From the NCBI GenBank assembly GCA_965112735.1, contig OZ218963.1:124001-188000 (forward strand): a stretch of 64,000 bases of DNA, given 5' to 3'. Below are positions 1 through 13,045 of the stretch, piece after piece. Origin of the DNA: Phaeosaccion multiseriatum. Lineage: Eukaryota; Protista; Ochrophyta, other classes. A program made the position numbers and the translations under genes. Every line of letters starts with the position of its first letter. Within the stretch, counting starts at the first letter, position 1. The notes under the pieces were generated by a model. The model was not told where the DNA came from. It ran no database searches and was given only the letters and a program-made list of their open reading frames with translations.

Positions 1-825
1 GCGAGGGCTGCAGCACGGTGAAGTACGCACGCGTGGAAGGGTTCTTCTTCCATGCTGCGGGGGATGGCAGTAGACGGGGGAAGGGGCGGCGGTTTCCGAG
101 TAGAGGAGGGGGAGGGGGGGGGAGTGGAGAGATGAGACGAGTGAGGAAGAGTAGCACACGCGGCCGCGACACGCGCAAAGGCCTGACACCTGGTATCTGA
201 CACTTCACCTTGACAGAGCCCGACACGGGCATTCACTGGTATCTACCGCTCCCTCGCTTTTACCCTCATACCCCACGCACCCGATCCTCCTCCTCCTTCC
301 TCCCATTCACCCTCCCCCTCTCCTCTCTCCCGGACAGCACTCCTACTTGTACTCACAGATGTCGATGAAGCTGTAGACGCTGTACCGCACGTAGCCTACT
401 GTATCGTTGCGTCCCCCCCCCCCGCCCACCTGCTCTTGTCCCCTGTCATCATGGAGGGGGAGGAGCTGCTCCTGGCCACGCCTGAACTCGATCGTGGAGG
501 GCAGAGTGCTCGACAGAGGGAAGGAGAAGGGCATGGTAATAGTTCCCGCTGGCAGCACAAATCTCTCGTTGGGGGGCGGGAAGGCGGTGGTCAGCGGCAT
601 ATCGGCGCTCGGAGCGGAGTACACCTGCGAGGGAGGAGAGGAAGGAAAGGGTGGGTGATGCATGGGTTTGTTAGACAAGTATGGCAGACACCCAAGCACG
701 TGCTCTGCTCTGCTCTGCTCACAAAGGTCAAGGAACTTCTTCCTTCCTCCCCGCAGACGAGCAGGCGAGCAACGACATTGCACGTGGGTGGGTGGGTGGG
801 TCAAGGAACAAACAGCAGCAGGTGG

Positions 826-862
<37 letters not shown>

Positions 863-1993
863 CAGCACACAGAGAGAGAGAATACAACTCGCCTGCATAT
901 ACACATCATTCTTTCCCCTGAGATCCGCCCACGGCAGCCCCGAGACCCTGATGAACTCGATCCGCAGCTGCCGCTTCGTGGGGGCGCCCATCTCTCCTTG
1001 CCCCTGGCTGCCCCCCATCCTGGGCGAGTGAGGAGGGATGCCCATCCTGGCTTCGTACTCGTCGAGCCATTGCACGTCCACCTCCACCTCTCCCTTAGGG
1101 AGGGGCAGCCCGTTGCGGCTGAGCTGTAGAACGCTCCCCCTTCCTCCCTGCCGCGTGAGCAGGCCCGTGTCGAGGAGCACCTCACCGAGCAAGTCGTCCT
1201 TCTTGCCCCTGCGAGTTGGTGATACGGCAGGGGCGGCGACGGAGGGCATCGCGTTAAGCGGCAGACAGAGGGCAGACAGGCAGGACCAGTGGTATACCAA
1301 GGAAGGAAGGAAGGAAGGAAGGGAGGGAGGGAGGGAGGGAGGGAGGGATATTAGGCAGCAGCGCTCTTGACCGTGACCATCCTCTAGCACACACGCTGCC
1401 ATCAGCCTCCTCCCATGCCTATACGCTGCTCACATATCGTAGTCCATGACCCTGCAGATGAGCGGCACTCCCAGCTCCGTAGACACCACGAGCACCCCGC
1501 GCTTGTCCGAGCTCGGCGTGGCGAAGAAGAAGTCGCTGCCCGCCTCCTCGATGACGCTTGTCTTGTTGAGCGGTCCAGCCACGCAGGTCTGGTACTCCGC
1601 ATACTCCTTGCTGTGCGAGTGGTGCACGAAACGCCGCTTCGTCCCCTTCTCGCCCGTCTCTTGCACCACCTCCTGCCAGCGAGATAAAGGAGAATGGAGA
1701 GGGGGAGAGGAAGAAGAAAAGAGGAAGGAAAAAGAGGAAAAGGAAAAGGAAAAGAGTGGTGCGCTGAGGGGATGTGCATGGGACGAGAGAACAAGCCTTG
1801 CAACGAAACAACAAACTCACAATCGCCCTCTTACCGTCCATCTGCAATGCCCTTTGCCCTCAATCTTGAGCTGCACGCCCTTGCAGGTGGTGTTTGCGAT
1901 GGTGGTGAGATGGAGGACGCCCTTCACCGTCTCTCCGGCATAGTATGTATACCTCTCCAGCATGATGCGAAAGTCTATCACGCTCATATTCAT
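1..1993 (-). CDS. Arrestin-domain protein with an inserted C2 domain (3' part outside the window)
   Basis: Exons 1993-1835, 1672-1434, 1208-893, 624-357 and 54-<1 join in frame (one GC donor, at 892). The peptide has arrestin-N hallmarks YYAGETVKGVLHL...CKGVQLKIEGKGHCRW, then PAGTITMPFSFPLSSTLPSTIEF...GYVRYSVYSFIDISWKKNP. C2 motifs RVMDYDMGKKDDLLGEV and RVSGLPWADLRGKNDVYMQVY lie between these two parts. Confidence 0.8.
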
Positions 1994-2676
1994 CGTGCTC
2001 TGCTCTCCCTGCTCTGCTCTTGCTGCTGCTGTGTGTTGTTTTGTGCATGATTCTATCGAGTCACGGATTACGGAGTAAGGAAGCAAGGGGGCGGGGGAAT
2101 TTATTGACTTATTTCCCCCCCTCTCTCTAGAGAGGGGATGGCTAAGGGAAACACGGCCAGCACGTGTAAGGAAAGGAAAGGATGATCTTGTGATGATCTT
2201 GTGATGATCTTGTGAAATGTATAATGTAAGGCATTTGCTCCTGGGTAATTCTAATGAATGAACTGCTGCACTTGCACTTTCCTTCCCTCGAAGAGCCTCC
2301 TTCTCCTCCCGGCAAGAAGAGAAGAGTCTCTCCTTGCCGAGCGAGGCAGGTGACTATCTGTCCCCCCTCCCCGCCTGCCTCCCGTCCCTATCTGTCTACT
2401 GCCTCTATCTATCGATATCTATATATATATATAAGAGAGATTATACACCGAACCGCGTACGCCACGTCACGGAAAAGCACGCCGAGTCCGTTCGTCCTGC
2501 AGTTGCGATACTTTGCCGAACTGAGGGTCTTGTCTATCTGTCTCTGAGGGTCCGCCTACCTGTCGATCCTCTGCACCCCCCCCACGCTCATCTTTGTCTC
2601 AAGCAAAGAGCCCCTTCCTCACTGACGTCCTAGCTAGGCCTAGGACAAGAGGAGAGGGCAGTCTCTCGTTGGCTTA

Positions 2677-3586
2677 CTAGGCGGAGGCGGAGGGCATCTT
2701 GTCGGGAAGGTACCGGATGAGCACTCCGTCTGAGCCGATGGCGAAGCCCTGTCACACGCAACAAACGCACGAGACAGAGAGAGAGGGAGAGAAAGAGAGA
2801 CGAGACACAGAGAGAGAGAGGTTTAAGTGACAAGGAAATAGGCAGCGGTTCTCCACTCTGCCCCTCTGGTGAGAGTTAGCGTAAACGCCGGCCCTTCCTC
2901 CCCACCCCCTGCCTACATGCCTCCCTCCCTTCCTTCTGTGTTCCGAAATCGACCTCTTGATTGAAACTCGTGTGCTGGCAGTATTGGATAGTGAAACCGA
3001 AACTCCTGTGACCGCTACCACTGCCCCACGCACACGCGCACGCACCTTGTCCTGTCCGAAGAAGCGCACATTGTACAGGTTTCCGGGGATCTTGTCTGCG
3101 GAGCGGTTGAAAGAGAAGGTCTTGCCTCCGTCCAGGGAGTACCACAGACTGCCACCGCCACCCACCGCCCACACCTGGGTAGGTCAGTGAGAGGGAGGAG
3201 GCGGGCAGGGAGGGAGAGAGGAAGCCACAAGAAGGGTGCGAAGGTGTAAGGGTGACAGCAGCGGACGAGCGAGGCCCGGGGGGCGGGGTGGGGCGCTGTG
3301 CATACATTAGTCGTCGAATCTGTGAGAGGGACTTCGAAGGCCAGCACACCCCTATGTACGTACGTACCTCCTTCTCGTTCTTCCACGCCACGTCGATGAT
3401 CCCGAGACCTCCCGTGCGGATCTTGACGTCGCTGAAGTCCGGGTCTCCGATGCTAAAGTCCGTACCGGGCTTGGTCACCTGGAGGCGAGGACAGCGATAG
3501 TATAGACATGTCGTAAGGGGGAGAGCGGGAGGAGCAGCTTAATGGATGGCGATACAAAACGTGCTTATATAGGCATTGACACACAC

Positions 3587-3628
<42 letters not shown>

Positions 3629-6031
3629 TGGTGATACACACACCTGCAGCTGTCCGCCGTTGAGCGACAGCCAAAGCCCGCTGGAGAGATTGTCCTTGAT
3701 GAAGCCCAAGTTCTGACAGAGTGGGAGAGGTAGAGGCATACGGACACCAGATCAGTCAGCCCAAGTTCCGAGAAAGTTCCGAGAAGGTTCCGAGAAGGTG
3801 AGGGGATTAGTTAAAGGCATACGAGTAGGTTTTAGTCACCCAAGTACCCCATAAGAGAGGCGGGGGGTTAGAAGCGTATGGGCACCAATAGCCTTCTAAC
3901 CCAAAATCCGAGAAAGTGGGGCCAAGAGAGAAGAGAAAAGGGTTGGTGAAGCCCCCAAGTTGTGACTAAGAGAAAGACAGATAGATTTGATTGCTTCGCC
4001 TTCTTCCTCCTTCCGTCGCGCATCGCCCACCCGCCTCATTACACCTTACAGCCACAGTCAGGCCAATGTCAGGCCGCAGTCATTCTGCAGTCGGGCAGTT
4101 ACCTGGATCCGCCTGGAGGTTCCTCTGTTGTGCGGAATCCAGAAGTCTCCCCCCGGGGACCAGGTGAGGAAGAAGTTTCCTCTGCTGGACACGGCCACGT
4201 AAGACCCCTCGCTGTCCCTTCGGATGCCGATGATGGTGCCCGTGAAGTAAGAAGCCCCCTGTTCATCACAAACGGGTGTGTTTGGGAGTGCAGGGATCAT
4301 TGTGGGGGCAGGCGCATTGGGTGCGTGCGTGAGTGAGTGGGTGCGTGGGTAAGTGGGTGGGCGAGCGAGTGAGAGCGAGCGCCAGCCCGTGGGCACGAAG
4401 CGGTCACCCTTGCCCTCCCCCCTTCCTCCGTCCCAGGCTGTCACTTGTCCACTTCCATCGGCTACCATCTCCGCCCCCCTCACGCACGCACACACGCACA
4501 CACCTGTACACCGCTGGAGGAGATGCGGTTGAGTGTGGCGTCGATGGTCTCCTTGACCTGCGCCTTCCAGTTGAGGCCCCCGTTGGACGTGGTGTAGATG
4601 GCGCCTGCAGATGTCGTCATCTCGGCCTTTCCGTTGCCGAAGGCGGTGATGGATGTGGGGTCTCCTGGGAGCTGCGCAGTGCGTTGTGTTGTATTGCGGG
4701 GAGGGAGGGATAGAGAGGGAAGGTGTGTGGGGAGGGTGGAGGGAGGGAGGGAGGGAGCGGGGGGTAAGAGAGGAGGAGAGTGAATGGTAGAGAAAGAGGG
4801 AGGGACAGAAGAGAGGAAGACAAAGATTCGGTCGATTTCCTTCGGATCAGGGGAGGGTATGCCCCTACCCTACCCTGCCCTACAAGATATGGTCTGTAAC
4901 GGTTGTAACGGTAGCGTACCTTGGGGGAGAGGGGCACTCTATCCCATGACTTGCCCTCGTCCTTGCTGCTCAGCAGGATGGCGGGCTTGCCCACTACGTA
5001 CACCTCCCCGCCCTTGGCAGATACCTGCGGGGATGGCAGGGGATGGCCGAGGATGGCAGTGGACAGGGAGGGGGTAGGACGAGACGGTGAGAGGGGACAC
5101 GAGTACGCACACACTCACACGCACACTCACACTAACACACACAAAAACACACGAACACACTCTCACACACACAAGAACACACTCACATAGAGGCATTTAC
5201 CTGCTGGAATCTGAAGTTGATCTCATCGTCCGCGTCGAGGGGGCCGAACACACGCTCTCCCCACGTCTTTCCTCCGTCGAACGTCTGCCGCCAACAAGGG
5301 AGGGGAGAGGGGAGGAGGGCCATGGGGCATCAGGCAACAGGGCCAAGGGAGGGAGGGAGGGAGGGAGGGAAGAAGAAGGAGGGCCATCACGCAGCAGCTT
5401 CTGAGGAAGGTCCAGGGGGGTGCCGGGGCAAGTAGGGGCATCGATAGGCAGACATGTATCAATGAGCTAACTCCAACGCCCTCATCCTCTCTCACGACGC
5501 AACTCCAACCCCCTCCCCCCTCCTGAGCCACCCCTCCCTCCTCCACCCAAGCCAGGTTCTCCTCACCTCGAGGAAGGTTCCCTTGGCCCCTACGATGTAC
5601 CCGTGATTGGTGTTCTTGTCGTCAAAGTCGATATCGTACAGGGTCGTTGCCACAGGTAGCACCACCTGCTCCCACGCCGTAATGCTTGCCGCCTCAGCCG
5701 CTTGCGGTTGCGCCGCCACCCCCCCCAGCGCGGCAGCCGCAGTGGTCGCTGCAACTGCCCCTGACGTCTGCATGAAGCCCCTCCTCGACGCCGAGCCCTC
5801 AGTGGAAGACTGTGCCTCTTCCATCTCCTCGGCCGCAGGTGGGGCCACAGCCATTGACAGAGAAGACACAATGGGCCCCCTGCTGCTGCTGCTGGCGCCT
5901 CTCGTCGAAGCATGCGCCCCTGCTGACCCCCACACACCCCTCACCGCGGACGGAGCCAACGGAGCAAATGCATCCACGTGCACGCTGCTCAACAGAGCAA
6001 CTGCTGCCGCTGCCGCTGCTGAACGCTTCAT
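2677..6031 (-). CDS. HCF136: Photosystem II stability/assembly factor HCF136/Ycf48, plastid thylakoid-lumen targeted
   Basis: Nine exons (about 6031-5567, 5285-5201, 5024-4920, 4672-4504, 4258-4103, 3712-3644, 3479-3367, 3174-3046, 2748-2677). N-terminus has a signal peptide ending VDA-FAP, a Tat motif SRRGFMQ and an AEA cleavage site. BNR/propeller motifs: [98 protein letters not shown]. Confidence 0.96.
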
Positions 6032-6334
6032 GTTTCCCAGCGATTCAACCGGACGATCTTCTCTCCAACCTCTCTCTGCACCTGCACACCCGTAAATACG
6101 AAACGCCCCCCGTTTCCTTTGCAATGAGGAGCTTCACCCGCTGCTCTGTCCTCCGTCAAGTTCTACGCTCCCCCTTTCCTTCTCTCCCTGCTCTCGTGTT
6201 CGTGGTTTTTGTAGGAAAGTGCGTGGTTGGCCGTGGAGTGCCATTTGCCTATGTCAATGCAATTACTTTTAGGCACCGTCCCCCCCCGATTGATCCGATT
6301 TTCCGGGAGAGGCGCACTTTTATAGTGTCGACCT

Positions 6335-6399
6335 GTCCGTGGATCGATTTTTTGGGTCCGTGGAGCGATTTTTTTTGGTCCGTGGAGCGACTTTTTTCC
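6335..6399. repeat. Subterminal 22-bp direct repeats x3 (GTCCGTGGAKCGAYTTTTT...)
   Basis: Three adjacent copies immediately inside the left TIR. Confidence 0.8.
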
Positions 6400-6616
6400 T
6401 ATAATTTTCTGCTCACCCCCCCCCTTCCCCCTCCTCTAAGAAGGTCAACGCTGCTTAAATAACCACAACTGCTACATTCCAGCAGTAGTAATGGCTTAGT
6501 GAAGGATTTCTCATGGCAGGAACGTGGCAGGGCTGGTAGTAGCAGCAGCAGTCAAGCAAAGAGAGGAACAAATCAAACATTCCAAACCATGACACCACCA
6601 GCAGCAGCAGAGACAA

Positions 6617-7730
6617 ATGGAGGAGAATGAAGAAGCCTTAGTGGGGCAGCACAAAAGGATGGAACAGCACCACCTGTGTGACAGTCCTGAAGAGATTTCT
6701 GGCGCACAGGGCTCTGAGAATACGAGTGGAAAGGCCGCAGGAGCGCACGACGACGATGACAGTGATTGGGACGACGAGACTTGGACGCAAGCCGTTGCTC
6801 TGGCAGATGAAGCCGCTGCGGCGGTACAACCAGCGACCGCTTCGAAACCGGGCACTCAAGCGGCAGTGGAGACTGAGCTTGCGACAATTGCCGCAGCACA
6901 GGAGGAGACGCGGTGAAACAATTGCAGACAGCTATGCAGAGATTGAATATCGAGAAGGCGGCTGTAGAAGATGCTTACGAAGTTCGAGGAGGACGAGGCC
7001 GGCCCCTGAAGGGAATAAGCGAGAAGCTGCGGTTGAATGGTGCAGCTATGAAAGGGATTGATGAGAATTTGCTTCTCCCAGCGGAGAAGGAAGAGAAGCG
7101 AGAAAGAGGGTTGTGACTTGTCTTCGAGCGCAGACAGGGTAGATGGTGCAAGTGGTGACCACTTCGTAGGGTTTTCTTCGCCGCCCCTTGGTCGCACGTC
7201 TAAGCGGTACGTTCTCAATGATCTCCTCTTCCTTCTTGATGCCTGGCTGCTCTTGTCCACGCCCCCCGCCCACTCTGGGCCGCCCTTTCTGAACATACCT
7301 TAACACACTTATTACCCCTGTTGTTCTCGCCCCCTTTTTACATCTTTTTTTGTGCTAGCAGGGGTGAGAAAGACGAGGATGAGGACGAGGAGGATGGAAA
7401 TACGGGCGACAAGGGGGGCGGTGGTGGTGGGGGAGGGTTTGGGAAGAATAGACCACCAGCGCAGACTGAGTTCACTCGAGGCGGCAAGGGATCCAAAGGA
7501 AGGGTTGCCTACCTGGCAAACTCCCTACTACAGGGCCTCGACGCCAAGCCGCCAGTCTGAAGTGGGAGGGCATGCCCAACGTGACGTGTTTGTCTGGCCC
7601 CCCCACCTCTTCCACAACCTTGGAGAGGACCACCAGCAGCCTCTTTGCGCATGGGATGCATCGTCAGAGTGTGTACAAGCTTATGGGTGGACGTCGCCGC
7701 AGCGGGCTGTGTCTGTCACCAGCCTCGAGC
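6617..7730 (+). pseudogene. Disrupted coding remnant inside the putative transposon
   Basis: Consecutive ORF pieces (6617-6916, 6913-7116, 7321-7560, 7561-7730) broken by stops and frame changes, with a plausible intron at about 7207-7361. It ends in VFVWPPHLFH...PLCAW...VQAYGWTSPQRAVSV, then decays into (GGA)n. Confidence 0.4.
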
Positions 7731-8510
7731 AGGAGGAGGAGGAGGAGGAGGAGGAGGGGAGGGAGGGAAGAGGGGGAGGAGGAGGAGGAGGAGGACCATC
7801 ATCATCAGCAGCAAGAGAATCACAAGGGGGAGGAGGGGGGGGGGGGGGGAAGGAGGAGGAGAATCAGCTGTGGGAGGAGGAGGAGGAGGAGGAGGAGGAG
7901 GAGGAGGAGGAGGAGTAGGAGTAGGAGTAGCAGGTGGTGCTGGTGCTGGAGGAGACGGGGGGGGGGGGCGGGGGAGGAGGAGGAAGAGTTGCAGGTGCTG
8001 CTGAGGCTGGAGAAGGAGGGGGGGGAAGGAGGAGGACGAGGAGGGGGAGGAGCAGCAGCAGCAGCAGCCGCCACAGCACTGTGGCCGGCACGGAGGATCA
8101 GGGGCAGGAGCATCTGTAGCGCCTGCAGAGGCTGCTGCTGCAGAGGGTGGTGTCGCTTTCGGGGGAGGTGAGAGTACCCACGAGAGGCAGCTATGGAAGA
8201 GGAGGGAGGCCGCGAAAAGGAGAAGAAGAGAGGCAGGCGAGGAGGGAAAGGAGAAGGCGAGGCTCCAGAAAAAGGCAGCGCGGGAAAGGGAAAGATTACA
8301 GCAGGATAAGGACCGGCCAGAGGGTGATTTACCCGTTTCCGTGTGCATAGTATTGTATATACAACACTTAGGTCTTCTACAGTTGCCTCTACTCTGGGGA
8401 GGAGAAGGAGAGAGGGGTGTCGCCGCAGGCGGGGAAAATTTCTAATTTCTTTTTTTTCTCCTTTTTTGGGCCGGCGGTCGACGGTATAAAAGTGCGCCGA
8501 TTTTCCCACG

Positions 8511-11356
<2,846 letters not shown>

Positions 11357-11414
11357 CTTATTTATAGGGGGGAGGGGCGAGGGAAAGTGTTGAGCAGGAG
11401 GGAGCATATGGGCA

Positions 11415-11438
11415 TGTCCTGCCAAGGGACTCCGTATG

Positions 11439-11469
<31 letters not shown>

Positions 11470-11670
11470 TCTTATGTATGTATTGGTGTGGACCATACAA
11501 GGGGGAAGGGAATGCCGGAGTGTTGAGTAGGAGGGAGCTCCTGTCCTGCCAAGGGACTCCGCTGTGCTGTGCTGTGCTCTGGTGTGCATGTATGTATGTG
11601 TGTATGTATGTATGTATGTAATCTTATGTATGTATTGGTGTGGACCATACAAGAGGGAAGGGAATGCCGT
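11415..11670. repeat. Tandem duplication of a ~130-bp (TATG)n-containing unit
   Basis: TGTCCTGCCAAGGGACTCCG...(TATG)n TAATCTTATGTATGTATTGGTGTGGACCATACAAGRGGGAAGGGAATGCCG occurs twice. Confidence 0.85.
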
Positions 11671-11756
11671 GTGCTCAGGGCGGAGGGGGAGTCGTCAGTC
11701 TTGACACACAAAAGACTTGACACGGGCTCAGTATCCCGCCCTCCTTCTCTCCGACC

Positions 11757-12005
11757 ATGACGTCTAAAGGAAATGGACGAGCAGGAGGAGCAGCAGGAGG
11801 CGGAGATGATGAACTTTTGAGGCAGCGCCAGGCAAACTGGAAAGATGCAGGCGTTCTAGCGGCGTTTGTAATACAAGTGGCTAAGAGCCACAAGAAGAAT
11901 GAGGCCAAACAAAAGAGCGAGAGACGGAATGACAGCGTCCTCTACGAGGAGGACGCTAAGGCGCTCAACAACAACTCACCAGAGTTCCGCTACACGAAGG
12001 TATGA
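11757..12005 (+). pseudogene. First exon of a Myb/SANT-like gene fragment (left arm of the fold-back)
   Basis: ANWKDAGVLAAFV...LYEEDAKALN resembles a trihelix/Myb-SANT start. It ends at an AAG|GTATGA donor with no downstream exon visible. Confidence 0.35.
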
Positions 12006-12171
12006 AGCCAGATGAAAGCCGGGACAGAGAGGGAGGGAGAGAGGGGGGAGAAAAAACTAATGGCGAAGGAACGATTCGACGACGCCCTGGTTTCCTCCCT
12101 CCCACCTCTACTTGGTCTGGATTCTCACTCTCTCTCTCTCTCTCTCTCTCTGTCCCGGCTTTCATCTGGCT

Positions 12172-12411
12172 TCATACCTTCGTGTAGCGGAACTCTGGTG
12201 AGTTGTTGTTGAGCGCCTTAGCGTCTTCCTCGTAGAGGACGCTGTCATTCCGTCTCTCGCTCTTTTGTTTGGCCTCATTGTTCTTGTGGCTCTTAGCCAC
12301 TTGAATTACAAACGCCGCTAGAACGCCTGGAGCTCTCCAGTTGGCCTGCTTCAAAGCAGCATCTCCGTCTCCTGCTGCTCCTCCTGCTCGTCCATTTCCT
12401 TTAGACGTCAT
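12172..12411 (-). pseudogene. Inverted copy of the same Myb/SANT-like exon (right arm of the fold-back)
   Basis: Near-identical peptide on the minus strand, with the same donor site. Confidence 0.35.
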
Positions 12412-12986
12412 GGTCGGAGGAGAAGGAGGGCGGGATACTGAGCCCGTGTCGTCAGTGGGAGTGCCATGGCTGGCTCTCTGCCTCCCTGGGTAGGATTCAA
12501 CCGATTGATGGGGATGATGGGATGTCCATTCTCAACAAAAGCGACGACCACCATCGTGAATAACAACAGCTTTTACGTAAGAGTACGTAGTTTTTATCTG
12601 GGAAAGGACAGACACTCTCCCAACTTCGCAAGTGCTCTACGATCGGGATTCCCGGTCCTCAATCGGCTCGGGAAAACGATTGAGGAAAGGGATTTGGGAA
12701 AAAAATCGCAGACACCCTATTGGCGAGGATTAATAAATTATTTACGATTTAGGACTGGGAAAGTGCGTTTTCCTCAAATCGCAGACACCCTATTAATTAA
12801 AATACGATAGATTGAAGAGAGGTGCTCTGGGAGAGGCAACCTTCCCTCCGAGGGATTGAAATCGAAGCGATTTGACCCGATATCGAGTCGGCAAACAACC
12901 CATATGCCTCCATCTGATCCGAATCGACTCAACACTCGACAACCCCCCTCTTTCATCATCCATCCATCCCCGTGATGTGTGATGTG

Positions 12987-13045
12987 GAGTCAAGCTAAGA
13001 GTCAAGCTAAGAGTCAAGCTACGAGTCAAGCTACGGGTCAAGCTA
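12987..13045. repeat. 12-bp minisatellite (GAGTCAAGCTAA) x5
   Basis: Directly visible tandem copies with minor variants. Confidence 0.9.

Larger units (their letters stand above)
6305..8498. mobile_element. Putative non-autonomous/degenerate DNA transposon (~2.2 kb) with TIRs and an 8-bp target-site duplication
   Basis: GGCGCACTTTTATAGTGTCGACC (6311-6333) and GGTCGACGGTATAAAAGTGCGCC (8476-8498) are inverted, 21/23 identical. GATTTTCC flanks the element directly at 6297-6304 and 8499-8506. It also has subterminal repeats and a broken internal ORF. Confidence 0.7.
11719..12450. repeat. Long inverted repeat (fold-back): ~320-bp arms, ~80-nt loop
   Basis: 11719-~12045 is the reverse complement of ~12128-12450. 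Both arms encode MTSKGNGRAGGAAG...ANW..GVLAAFVIQVAKSHK.NEAKQKSERRNDSVLYEEDAKALNNNSPEFRYTK. Confidence 0.95.
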
